NCBI GenBank assembly: GCA_050613775.1
Contig: JBODTK010000001.1
Span: 1,984,001-2,048,000 of the forward strand
Origin: Neocallimastix sp. 'constans'
Lineage: Eukaryota
Length of the DNA: 64,000 nucleotides
Reading direction: 5' to 3'
Shown here: positions 26,113-38,838 of the stretch, piece after piece
How the letters are laid out: every line of letters starts with the position of its first letter
Numbering within the stretch: the first letter of the stretch is position 1
Notes under the pieces: model-generated
Seen by the model: the letters and a program-made list of their open reading frames with translations, nothing else
Database searches by the model: none
Told to the model about the DNA's origin: nothing
Made by a program: the position numbers and the translations under genes

Positions 26113-27727
26113 GAAATGAATCATTGAAATAATTGAAATATAATAGAAAAATAAAAAATATAAAAAAAATAAAATATATTTCAACTAATAGAATTAAATA
26201 TTTATATTTTATATTTATATTTATATATTTATATTTACTGTTTTATATATATTTATATTGTGACAAATATTTGATAAATAACAAATAAAATATGAAATAT
26301 ACTTCATATAATATGAATGTATATAATATATTAAAGGAATAAAATGATTTTCAAATCTGTTGAATTTAATTTAAATAAAAAAAATACTTTTTGAAAGCAT
26401 GAAAAATTTTTAGAGTCGTTTTTAGATAAAATAACAATAAATTTGTTAATAAATAACCAAACAAATTCAAATAAAATAAATAAAAAATAAAGTTAAGATA
26501 AATAAATAAATAACTGAATAAGTTAAAATAAATAAATAAATAAGTTAAAATAAATAAATAACTAAATAAGGATAAATAACTGAAAAGCGACAAAAAAAAT
26601 AATTATAAATGATTAAATGAAAAAAAAAAAAAAAAAAAAAAAAAAAGTGTTACAAAAAAAAAAAAACTTTTTTTTAACCTACAATTATTATTAATACACA
26701 TTTTAAGGAAAGATAAAAAAAAAAAAAAAAAGTTATTTTAATATTTATTTCTTTAAAATAGTTTTTTATTTATATATATATATATATATTTATTTATTTA
26801 TTTATGTATTTATTTATGTATTTATTTATGTATTTATTTATTTATTTATGGATATATGTATTTATTTTTGTATTTATTTATTATTAACATTAATATTACT
26901 ATATTGTTTTTTTTTTTTTTTTTTTTTTTTTTCAAATAATAAAACAATATAATTTTTTAATTGAACAATAATAGAAATAAAATTTAATAAAATTTTAAAT
27001 CTCAGTTCTAGAAATTAATCTATAAATTTTTATTATTTGTAATTAAAATTCTTTTTACTATATAGATAATAATAATTCAATAATATTATGAAATATATAT
27101 ATATTTGTGTATAAAAAAAAAGAAATAAACGAGGTACTATTCAAAACTTAAGAAGAAGAAAAAGAAAATTTATATATACATATATATAATTATTTATATT
27201 CATTTATTTTATTTATTATTAAAAAAAAATTAAAAAAAAAATTTTTTTTTTTGATAAAATAATGAATAAATTTGATACATTTTCAAAGCTTTAATTAAAA
27301 AAAAAAATCTCAATATTTTATATATTAAAAATATTTTTTTTTTATTTTATTTATATATTTATTTTTTTTTTTTTTTTATAATAATAAATAATAATAATAC
27401 TTTAATATAAAATTTCATTTTTTTAATTATTTATTATCATTCTATTAATTATATTCCTTTTTACTTTAATATTTATACTTTATTATTTTTAATTGTTTGT
27501 ACAGCTTTCTATATTATTAATTATTAATTAGAATTTTTTTTATAGATAATGGAACTTTTATTTGATATTTAATTAAAAAAAAAAATACTTTTGCTTATAT
27601 CAATATTTAAAAAAAAAAAAAAAATTAAAAGATAAAATAAAGATAAAAGAAAATATATATAAATACTTTTCATATTAATTTTAATTGACCTTAAAAAAAA
27701 TTAGTGAAATTAAATAAACTTTTTAAT

Positions 27728-27776
<49 letters not shown>

Positions 27777-27817
27777 GAAGTAGAAAGTTAATGTTTTCTC
27801 TTTTTTTCAAACTAAAA

Positions 27818-27850
<33 letters not shown>

Positions 27851-28004
27851 TATTATTTATTATTATTATTATTATTATTATTTAATTTATTTACTTTAAA
27901 TTAATTGAAGAATCATTAAATCATTTTTTTTTATATATATATTTTTATTTTTTTAATTTATTTACCTTAAATTAATTGAAGAACAATTAGATTTAAAAAA
28001 AAAA

Positions 28005-28035
<31 letters not shown>

Positions 28036-28798
28036 ATTATCAAATTCTTTGAGTTGAAAAATAGTTAATAGTAAAATTTATCATAGAAAGAAATACTCTT
28101 AAAAGAAAGTTGTAGTTTGTAATAAATATTAATATTCGTTTTACAAATATGTTATATGTAATTTATAAAGTAAATCAAGATAAATAATAAGAACAGCATA
28201 AAGTATTAAGATAACTATTAAAATAAAAATCAGTAATAATAATAATAATAATAATGAAATTATCTAAATTGAATAAAAAAAAATTTTTTTATTTTCATAT
28301 TTTTATTTCATATATGAATTTTTATCCATGTGCTCATAAATTTAAATAAAATACAATGTAATAATATATATATATATATATTTCCATTTATAGTTTTAAT
28401 TCATCATTTAATACCACAATAACCATATATAATAAAAAGCAGGAAAAAAATTTGAGTAAATAAAAATGAATATCCAAATTAATTATTATTTAAATATAAT
28501 TAATATATATATAATACTGTATATGCAATGTATATATTATTACATGGAGTGTATTAAATTCATTGATATTTGTTAATTATATAACATTTTTATACTTCTT
28601 TAACATTTTTTTATATTATAAATAATTATTTACAATTATTGTATATGTATATTGTACAAAAAAAAAATCTACATAATCTAGTTTTATATATACTCATGAT
28701 TTCAAATTATTCCATTTTTTATTATTATATTTTAATATTTAGAAATTTTTATCATCAATTTACTTTATATATATAAATCTTCAATCATTACTTTAAAT

Positions 28799-28848
<50 letters not shown>

Positions 28849-29825
28849 GTATTTTTAATAAAAATAAACAAATATGACATATCATATATATAAAATATAA
28901 AATATTTAAATGCATTTTCCTATCATAACTTTTCTAATGGGAGAAAAAAAAATTAATACTATTGTAGGCTAATTGCTATATTATATTGAATTATTTCTAT
29001 GGAATAAATATTAACTATTTTTTTTTTATCATTATTTATTATTTATTATCTTTTTTTTTTATTATTATTATTATTTTTTCTCTTTTTTTTTTATTATTTT
29101 ATTATTAAAATTATTATTATTATTTATTATCTTTTTTTTATTATTATTATTTATTATCTTTTTTTTATTATTATTATTTATTATCTTTTTTTTATTATTT
29201 TTTTTCTCTTTTATTATTTATTATTATTATTTTTTTTTTAAAATTATATTATTATTTACTAAATAAAAATAAAAATAATATAACCTTTCTTTCTTCGTTT
29301 TTTTCTTTTTTTTTTAAAAAAATAAATCCAATTTGTTCTTATTTTTTATTAACAATGTAAAACTTTCATATTATATATTTATTATTCTATTATTGAATCT
29401 ATATCATTTATTAATGAAAATATAGAAGATATTTTTATATATTAAAATTAAAATATTAATATAAATATATATATATATATATAATTACGAAAATAATTGT
29501 AGCTAAAATAAATTTAAAAGGAAATTGATAAACTAAATATCATTAACTGTATTAACTGTATGAATATAATTCTATGAATATTTCATCCTTTTTTTTTTTT
29601 TTTATTTTAATAAAATATTAAAATAATATTATTTTTTAAGAAATTTTATTTATATTTTTATTTATTACATTAATTATTAATTATTATTTAATTCATTTAT
29701 TATTTTTTTTTATTTTTTTATTATATATTATTTATTCATTTATTAATATATATAAATAAATATTACATACAATATTAATATTAATATTAATTGTATATTT
29801 ATTACCTTTATTCTATTTTAATTAA

Positions 29826-29945
29826 AAACTCTATTTTAATTAAAAAGAAAAAAAAAACAAAAGTAGGCAAATTAGATGAAAATAATAATTAGAAATTAAA
29901 AAAGTTAACAAACTAAAAATATAATTAAAAAAAATAATTATAAAA
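29826..29945 (+). repeat. Partial copy of the flank of the minisatellite-bearing element
   Basis: AACTCTATTTTAATTAAA...AGATGAAAATAATAA...TTAACAAA matches 40500-40610. Confidence 0.5.
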
Positions 29946-30314
29946 TAAAACTAAAGGATAATTGCAATACTGGCATATATTATTTAAATATATTTATTTA
30001 TATATTCATATATAAATAAATGATTAATATTTATATTGTAATAGAGTTATTTTATTATTATCATTATTATTATTTAACTAATTTTTTTTTTTTTGCAGCA
30101 ATAATTATTACGAACTTTAATCTTTAATTATTTATATGTTTATTAATTACATGAATATTTTTTATTTTAATAAAAAACACAGAATTAATAAAAAAAATAA
30201 ATATTATTTGCCCAATTAGAACATAATAATATTTAAATGTTTAAATAATAATGTGAAATAAAAGTAATATTCAAAATAAAGTGCATAAATATATTCAGAA
30301 TAAAATTCATATAC

Positions 30315-30395
30315 AACGAACCTCACCTCCATATTGCTTATTCCGGATTAGGGTTTGAATTGACTTTCTAAAAGAAATTATGGTCTTCTCCTTCA
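30315..30395 (-). mobile_element. Fragment homologous to 18605-18742 (probably LINE-derived, putative ORF1 region)
   Basis: Shares AACGAA(A)CCTCACCTCCA...CTTATTC(C/T)GGATTAGGGTTTGAAT(T/G)GACT(T/C)TCT...ATGGTCTTCTCCT with the 18.6-kb segment. Confidence 0.65.
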
Positions 30396-30501
30396 GAGGC
30401 ATTGAACCTACTGGTCTGTCTTACTACATTTTCAGTATTGACACTCCTTATTATTTTACTAATAAATAATATATTATAATTATTATTTTTCTAGTAGTAG
30501 T

Positions 30502-30830
<329 letters not shown>

Positions 30831-31129
30831 CCGGCTAGTTAAGCAGTAGACACTTTAGAGTTATATTTTTTATTATTTTTTATTATTATATTAAAATATT
30901 TTATTTACTAAACTATATTTATTTATTTATTAAGACTTATTTAATAAAGAATAATTAATTCATACATTTTATATTTAATATCTAATACATTATATTAATT
31001 TATTACATTAAATATATTTTATTGTAATATATTTTATATTAGTAAATATTCCCAATTCAACCTAGTTTTTCTTTAGAAAAATCATGTTTGTAAAGTATAT
31101 TAACAAAAATTATAAATGAGCATTTATAA

Positions 31130-32010
31130 TTTTTGTTAATACATAAGCTAATATATTTTTACTATCAATATATTCTAATTTTATTTTTCCCATTTTTATA
31201 ATATCTTTATTGAAGAAATATTTAATTGCTACGTGTTTTTAATTTTGGATCTCATCATTTTCAATATTGGTTTTACTGGTTATGTTATCTGTATAAATTT
31301 TTATTAGTTTATTGAAATTGAATAATCCTTCTAAGATATTTCTTATCCATAATATTTTCTTTACACATTCCGTGGTACTAATGTATTCAGCTTCAGCAGT
31401 AGATATAGCTACTATTAACTGTTTCTATGATGACCAATATATGGAATTATTTCCCATTAAGAAAATATTTCCTGAAGTAGACTTTCTATCTTTAAGATCA
31501 CATACATAATCTGAATCTGTATATCCTGTAATTTCCCCTTTTCCATCATAAAAAATTGTATAGTTCTTTGTTGTATTTAAATATTTTAAAATATTCGTTA
31601 CCTTTTTCCAATAGGAGATTGTACGATGCTCTAAATTTCTGGAAGTCTTTCCTACAGCAAATGAGATATCTGAGCGAGTACATTTAGCCAAATAAATTTA
31701 AGATCCAACAATACTTTTGTATGTGGTTATATTAGATGGTTCATTATTTTCACTAATAACGTTATAACCTACGACAAGGTGTATTAATTTTTCTTGTATA
31801 TTTAAAGTAATAATTAATTTTAAGGCGTCAACATTAAGAGTTGGAGAATAAGAAAGGTCAAAATCAATTCCTCTTTTTTGTTTAAAACCTCTTATGACAA
31901 CTCTTGCCTTTCTTTTAATTATGTTATTTATTTGCGTTTAATTTATTAGTGAAAATCCATCTTAAAAATATTACACTTTTGTCATTTGGAATTTGTTTAG
32001 CATAAGAAAA
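31130..32010 (-). mobile_element. Ty1/copia LTR retrotransposon pol relic (RT fragment plus RNase H), internally deleted
   Basis: KARVVIRGFKQKRGIDFDLSYSPTL (RT start) joins almost directly to YKSIVGS*IYLAKCTRSDISFAV, then GYTDSDY..DLKDRKSTSG..WSS*KQ.IVAISTAEAEYI..YTDN..LEYIDSKNILAYVLTK (copia RNase H). It contains stops and frameshifts; no LTR was recognised. Confidence 0.9.
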
Positions 32011-32109
32011 AAATATATATATATTTTATATATGTTTGACATTTCAATTTAACATTGTTTTTCTCTTCCTCTTTTTTCTTTTTTTTTTTTTTTTTTGAAG
32101 ATATTTTTA

Positions 32110-32220
32110 CCCTGGTAATCCACCACAAGAGGGTTGGAGGTCTAATCCTTCTCAACAGAATCCTTCTTCATAACAATATTCCTCCTTCATCGCAATGTCC
32201 ACTACCTCAACAATGATAAA
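32110..32220 (+). pseudogene. Degenerate fragment resembling the Pro/Gln-rich C-terminus of the 34754-36205 gene
   Basis: AATCCACCACAAG..AATCCTTCTCAACAGAATCCTTCTTCATAACAATATTCCTCCTTCATCGCAATGTCCACTACCTCAACAA resembles the PQQDPPQNPPPQYPPPQYAIPQQ-coding DNA. It contains stops. Confidence 0.45.
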
Positions 32221-32436
32221 AATAGAAAATTTGAACTTCTGAACTTCTGATGAGTTTTATTTTCCTTTTGTTCTAAAAAATAAAAAATAAAAAAAAATAA
32301 AAGAAAATAAAAAATAAAAAATAAAAAAATAAAAAAAAAAAAAAATAGAAAAAAAATAAACTTCTTAATAAGTTTTAATTTTTCAATTTATTAATATCTT
32401 TAACAATTATTAAAAAAAAATAAAAAAAAAAAAATT

Positions 32437-32469
<33 letters not shown>

Positions 32470-32550
32470 AATTACAAACTTTTTTATAAAAATAAAAATG
32501 TAAATTTTATTTATTTATATTTATATATTAATTAATTATATTATATTATT

Positions 32551-32609
<59 letters not shown>

Positions 32610-33743
32610 TAGAATTTGGAATAATGATGAGGTTTCTATTTCAATAACTCTTTTAGTGAAACAAGTTTTGTTATATTCTATTAATAAACTCAAATCATAT
32701 TCCATATGAGCAATTCAAGCCAAAAATAAAAATATTTTGATTAAAAATATTTTAATAGATCAAAAATATTTTGGATTTTCATTGTTATATTAATTAGAAA
32801 ATGTCTTATTATATCAAATAAATAATAATAATAAACTCAATAATCACCAATTATTTTAATAAAAAAAAAAAAAAATAATTTACAATAACCGATGATTTAA
32901 ATATTATATAATATTATCAAATAATAATAAAATTACAAAAAAAAATAATAATAAATAAATAAATATAAAAACTTGAGATTATTTTATAACATTTGTTTTA
33001 GTAACCAATATATATTAAATATGGTAAAATTTAACTTGTATTTTGTTATTTAATATATTTTATTATTTATTTTTTTTTATGAAATATTAAAATTATATTT
33101 TATCTATTTATTATAAAAAGCATTCTAATTTTTGTATTATTTATTGTGCCCAGTTTAATATTATTTTTATGAACATTAAGAGGAATTATTTATTATTTAT
33201 TTTATTATATTTTATTATATAATAATTTAAATATAAAAAAAAAAAAAAAAAAAAAAATATTAATCATTCTATTTAAATACTTTATCTATTTTATTATATT
33301 ATGTGATATTATAAATATGTATATAGATACAAAAAAAAAAATACTCTAATCATTCTATTAATTTATCATTATATTAAACTTTTAAAAAATGTGATTAAAT
33401 TTAAAATTTTTAATATACTTTTTTCAATAGTTCATAATTCTATAAAAAAAAATAAATATATTTCATATAGTTTATTCATTTTTATTCATTTATTGAATAT
33501 CTCTATTAAGCTATCAACTTTATTTATTAATATAAAGTTATATTCTAACAAATTAAATATAAATTAATATGTATCTAGAACAAACCACAATTAAAAACAA
33601 AAATAAGTAATTTTATCTGTACTTTAAATCCTTGTTAACCATTTATTCTTTAATGTAATCTTTTATATATGCATAATAAATATTTATAAAATTTTTATTT
33701 ATATATTATATATTCATTAATTTTTATTTATTTAGTTATTTAG

Positions 33744-33826
<83 letters not shown>

Positions 33827-34753
33827 TAATTATACTCTTATTTAAAATTTGTAATATATTTTATATTCATTATTTATTTAATTTAAATTTATGTATACTA
33901 TTAATAAAAAAATGTAATATGTGGAACATTATATATTATATTAAAAATTTAATTATAACTAATTAAAAATATGTATTATTAAATAAAATAATTATTCATT
34001 TTTAATAATTATTTAAAAGTACTATTTTTTATATAATTAAAAATTAAATTTTATTTATTTATTAATATATACATATTTTTTTTTTTTGAATAAAATCTTA
34101 AATAATTTTTATTTTATTAAAGTAAAAAAAAAAAAAAAAAACATATATATATTTTTCTTTTTACTTCTGGTGTGTAAGGTCTTTTAGCTCTCCTCAAGAC
34201 ATGGGAATATTAAGATAGTCACAACACCACATCGGTATGAGGATATTAAGAACAAATTTAAGTTTATATTTTAACTTAATAAAAACAAAAAATTGAAATC
34301 TAGGTCATTTCCTTTAAAGCATATAATATAAATTCATAAACTTAAAAAAAATTTTTAACCAATAAAATTTTCCTCATTATATAATTCATTTTCTTTTTAA
34401 TTTACCCTATTTTAATTTATACTTTTAATGAAACGTTAGACAAAAGTTTATTTATATATATTTATTTTCCATTTTATTTGTTTATTTTTTATTTGTTTAA
34501 TATTTATTTATTTATCTATTTATTTATTTATTTATTTATTTTTCCTCCTTAATGGATATTTTCGTATTTATTTTCTTTTTTTTTTGTTTTTTTTTCTCAA
34601 AAATTAAAAACCATTAAAGTTATAATTATTTATAAAAAAGAAAAAAATAAAAAAAATAAAAAATAAAAAAAAAAAAAAAACGTATATAAAAAAGAAAAAA
34701 ATAAATTGATAAAAAAAGTCTTATTGAAATAATATAAATTTATTAATATAAAA

Positions 34754-36205
34754 ATGGAAGAAGTTGATGAACAAAATCCTCGTCTTCTAGACCAAGGAGA
34801 ACAAAAGGAACATAATCGTACCTATAATATTTTTTGTTGGATTTTCCAAATAGGTGTTTGGGTAGCAGTAGTAGCTACTAGTATTTTATATATTATGAAT
34901 GAAAAAATAAAAACCTATATATATTTTATAGATATTATAGTATATATAATTTATTTAATTTTAGAATTTTGTTCTTCAACTTCTTCATATTTAATTCATA
35001 AAAAAAATGATCAACATATGTATGATAAAATGGGTGAAATATTTAAAACTCCTCCCAATATAAAATTTTTTGGTGAATGTTATCACTATAGAACAGTACA
35101 TTATACTGTTCAAACTAAAAATGGTCCTCGAACACAAACAAAAAGAGAAAAAGTTACTACACATACTGAAACCTATTATCTTCCATATTATTCAGAAAGA
35201 GATGTTAGTGGTTTATTCATCCTTAACTGTGATAAAGCGCAAGTTCAAAAAAAGTATTATATTAAATTAAAGTTAAGAGAAGAAATCAACTTTGCAGATG
35301 AAATATCTTATATGGATTATGAAAATGAAAAAAACGCTTTTTGGGAAAGAAATAGATATAGAGATACTTATTTTAATTTTTATGAAGAAAGAAATATCCC
35401 AGGAATGCATCACCATAACTTAGTTAGAATAACTGAAAATGAACCATACTTTGTTAAATTTATCTTTTTCTTCTTCTGTACAATATTCGCAAATGCAGAA
35501 TTTTATAGATCATATATAAATTCACTTAGTGTTTATCAAAAATTTAATGTTAGAAAGCTTGTTTCTACTAGATATGATCTTAGTAATTCATCTTATCAAA
35601 ATTTAATTCCTCAACTTCAATTCTATCTCCAACAATTTAATTATAAACCTGAATTTTATAATTATTTAAATAAGGATATAAGTGTTGAAATACCAACACT
35701 AGAAGAATTAGAATGTGCTAAACAATACAAAGATAAAATTCCAAAATATAGACTTACAGATGTCGGTACTGTTGTCGATAATCCTGCCTATGCTGATTAT
35801 GACCCATCTGCACCTCCACCAGCCTATGCATCTATTGCAGGTGATGTTGCCCTTTCTGATGACCAAATCATGACTGAAGGAGGATTACCACAAGGATTTA
35901 ATCCATCTCAAGTCCAAAATAATACTCTCATACCAACAGCTCCTCAACAAGATCCTCCACAAAATCCTCCTCCACAGTATCCTCCTCCACAATATGCAAT
36001 ACCACAACAATATCCAATACCACAGCAATATCCAATACCACAGCAATATCCAATACCACAACACTATGTACCTGTACCACAATATCCTATACAACAATTT
36101 CCACTTTCCCAACAATATCCTCCACAAGAAATTTCGTTGCAATATACGAATAATTCTGATCAGCAAAATCTTCTTAATAAGCAGTCACCATCAGAAAATA
36201 ATTAA
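34754..36205 (+). CDS. TMEM151-like membrane protein with Pro/Gln/Tyr-rich C-terminal tail
   Basis: 483-aa intronless ORF with two N-terminal TM segments, then YLILEFCSSTSSYL, PPNIKFFGECYHY, KVTTH....YLPYYSERDVSG, INFADE and a later hydrophobic segment. This matches the TMEM151 family pattern (CYHY motif). The tail has PQQYPI repeats. Confidence 0.75.
   Translation: MEEVDEQNPRLLDQGEQKEHNRTYNIFCWIFQIGVWVAVVATSILYIMNEKIKTYIYFIDIIVYIIYLILEFCSSTSSYLIHKKNDQHMYDKMGEIFKTPPNIKFFGECYHYRTVHYTVQTKNGPRTQTKREKVTTHTETYYLPYYSERDVSGLFILNCDKAQVQKKYYIKLKLREEINFADEISYMDYENEKNAFWERNRYRDTYFNFYEERNIPGMHHHNLVRITENEPYFVKFIFFFFCTIFANAEFYRSYINSLSVYQKFNVRKLVSTRYDLSNSSYQNLIPQLQFYLQQFNYKPEFYNYLNKDISVEIPTLEELECAKQYKDKIPKYRLTDVGTVVDNPAYADYDPSAPPPAYASIAGDVALSDDQIMTEGGLPQGFNPSQVQNNTLIPTAPQQDPPQNPPPQYPPPQYAIPQQYPIPQQYPIPQQYPIPQHYVPVPQYPIQQFPLSQQYPPQEISLQYTNNSDQQNLLNKQSPSENN
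35990..36130 (+). repeat. In-frame 18-bp coding repeat (PQQYPI)n
   Basis: CCACA(A/G)CAATATCCAATA occurs in 3 near-exact copies and several degenerate ones. Confidence 0.85.
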
Positions 36206-37195
36206 TTACTAACATCAAAACCATACTTAAAAAAAAAAAAAAAAAAATAGAATAAAATAAAATAAAATAAAATATATATACGTATATATATAATTTTAGA
36301 TTTTAAATATTTTTTTTATCGTAAATCATAATCTTTATATTAATATATATGATGAACAACATAGGTATATGATGCTAAAACTATGCAAAAAAACTATACC
36401 ATTTTCTTCAAAAAATATAAAATAAAAAATAAAATAAAAATAAAAATAAAAAAATAAATAAAAATAAATAAAATATATATGCATAGTTTAAAATTAACAT
36501 TTAATTTAGTAATTCAAAAATAATAATAATAATAATAATATAAAATATATTTTAAAAAAAAAAAAAAATAATAATAAATAAATAAATAAATATTATAATA
36601 ATAATAATAAAGTTATATAATAAATTTAATATGAAAATTAAAAATATATATATATAATAATATTAATATTAATAAATATACAATAAAAAAATAATATTAA
36701 TAATAAATATAAAATAAATTAATAATAATAACAATAAGTATTTTAGTAATAATAAAAAATATAATAAATTTAATATGAAAATAAAAAAATATATATAAAT
36801 AATATTAATAGTATAATAAACTAATAATAATAATAAATAATTAATTAATTAATTAATAAAATAAAGAATAAAAATCTATATAATAATATTAAATCTAATT
36901 AATATTCATTTAATTTTATTTTATTTTCAATAGAATATGCATAACCTTCTCTTTTTTTTTTTTTTTTTTTTTTGATGTTGTTGTTGTTACTGTTGCTGTT
37001 TAATTTTTTTTTTTTTTTTTTTTTTTTATATCAATCAATAATAAATATAATTAATAATAATTATATATATATATATATTTATATAATAAACATTTCTTAA
37101 TAAATTTTCTTTTATTTTTATAAATCATTTTATATAATAATTTTTCAAATGAAACAATTTTCTGCTATTATTTATCATAATAGATATTTTCTTCA

Positions 37196-37240
<45 letters not shown>

Positions 37241-37242
<2 letters not shown>

Positions 37243-37525
37243 AAAAAAATAAAATTATTCAAATAATGGAACTGTATATAATAAAAATGTATGAATAAAC
37301 TTTTATAAAATAAATTATTTATTTATTTTAATATAGAGATATAGTATATATAATTTTATTAAAATAATAAAAAAAAAAAATAAAAAAAAAAAAAAAAAAG
37401 GAAAAAAATTAAATTATTCAAATAATGAAACTGTATATAATAAAAATGTATGAATAAACTTTTATAAAATAAATTATTTATTTATTTTAATATAGAGATA
37501 TAGTATATATAATTTTATTAATAAA
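37241..37525. repeat. About 159-bp-period tandem duplication, each copy preceded by poly(A)
   Basis: GGAAAAAAAT(A/T)AAATTATTCAAATAATG..ACTGTATATA..AATGTATGAATAAACTTTT...GAGATATAGTATATAT occurs at about 37241 and 37400. Confidence 0.85.
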
Positions 37526-37746
37526 AAAAAAAAAAAAAAAAAAAATAGTTTAAATAATATTAAAAGAATAAAAAATATAATAAATAATAAATTTATAATT
37601 TTTATATAGATATATAATAGATATATTATTATATATATATTTATTATTATTAAAATAAGGAATTAAAAAAAAAAAAATTTTTCGTAAAATAAATCTATGT
37701 TTTTTTTCTTTTTTTTTTTTTTGTGTTCTTAGCAGAAATATTGAAT

Positions 37747-38517
37747 TTAACTTCTTAAAAAACGTTTAGATCTTTTAACCCAAATGAAAAGACCAGCAGA
37801 AGAAATGGCAGCAGCACCAGCAAGTCCAGCAGCAATAGTAGTATCTGAGGAATTGCTATTGTTCTCCCCCGATTCTTCAACGGCATTAGCATCATCCTCA
37901 TCAAGAGCATCGGTGTCCCCCTTGCTATCTTTGGAATTCACTCTAATATCATCATCATTTTCCCTATCATTGGTATCCCCCTTACTACCTTTGGAATTCA
38001 CACTAATACCATTATCATTTTTCGTTTTAATATCATTTTCCTTTATTTTATTTTTACCTTCCTCATAACCATCTGAAACTTTACCAACATCACCAGTATC
38101 GATTGGAATTTCATTTGCATTTGCATTAGATGCAGTATCTTCAACCTTATTCACCTCGGCTTCATCAGTTTTACCTTCACTATAATTATTAGAAACTTCA
38201 CTGACATTTGAAGTATTATTAAAGGCACTGGCATTAAGGTTATCTCCAGATGAAACACTATTACCATTATTGCCTTCATCTGTAACAGTCAGATCATCAG
38301 GAACTTTATCTACAGAGGTGGAAACATTATCTTTAGTGGTATTAACATTAACTGTATTTAATTCAGGTTCAGAATTGATACTAGTATTATTAACAGAAAC
38401 AGTATTAGCATTAGATTCAACTGGAGTAATAACACCTTCCTTAGCATCAGAAACTTCTACAGAAGCAGTAGCGAAAACAAAGGAGGTAATGACTAATAAG
38501 ATAAATTGGAATTTCAT
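37747..38517 (-). CDS. Secreted/cell-surface type-I membrane protein with low-complexity N/D/S/T/E-rich ectodomain
   Basis: 256-aa ORF with a signal peptide (MKFQFILLVITSFVFA), a polar low-complexity body with a 20-aa internal duplication (ND.GISVNSKGSKGDT / NDDDIRVNSKDSKGDT), a C-terminal TM (IAAGLAGAAAISSAGLFIWV) and a basic stop-transfer sequence (KRSKR). Confidence 0.85.
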   Translation of the reverse strand: MKFQFILLVITSFVFATASVEVSDAKEGVITPVESNANTVSVNNTSINSEPELNTVNVNTTKDNVSTSVDKVPDDLTVTDEGNNGNSVSSGDNLNASAFNNTSNVSEVSNNYSEGKTDEAEVNKVEDTASNANANEIPIDTGDVGKVSDGYEEGKNKIKENDIKTKNDNGISVNSKGSKGDTNDRENDDDIRVNSKDSKGDTDALDEDDANAVEESGENNSNSSDTTIAAGLAGAAAISSAGLFIWVKRSKRFLRS

Positions 38518-38796
38518 TTATCAAAAAAAAAAAAAAAAAAAAAAAATTATTTACTTATTTATCTATTATACTAAACTAATTAAAGTAATCGAATACTGAA
38601 TAAGAATAAATATATGATTAAAATATATATATTTAAATATATATATAATAAAAATAAAAATAAATATGAAAATAATTTAAATAAAATAAAAATAATAATA
38701 ATATTATTATTATGGGTTTATATATTAGATAATAATAATAATAATAATATATCAAAAATAATATAATTAATATTTATTATGAAGTATATAATATTA

Positions 38797-38838
<42 letters not shown>

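Noticed and set aside
34165..34320. Small GC-richer patch upstream of the TMEM151-like gene as an exon or ncRNA
   Set aside because: I found no open frame, splice logic or recognisable RNA fold.
35070..38599. ORFs 35070, 35885, 35994, 37784 and 38270
   Set aside because: They are off-frame or antisense shadows of the TMEM151-like and surface-protein genes.
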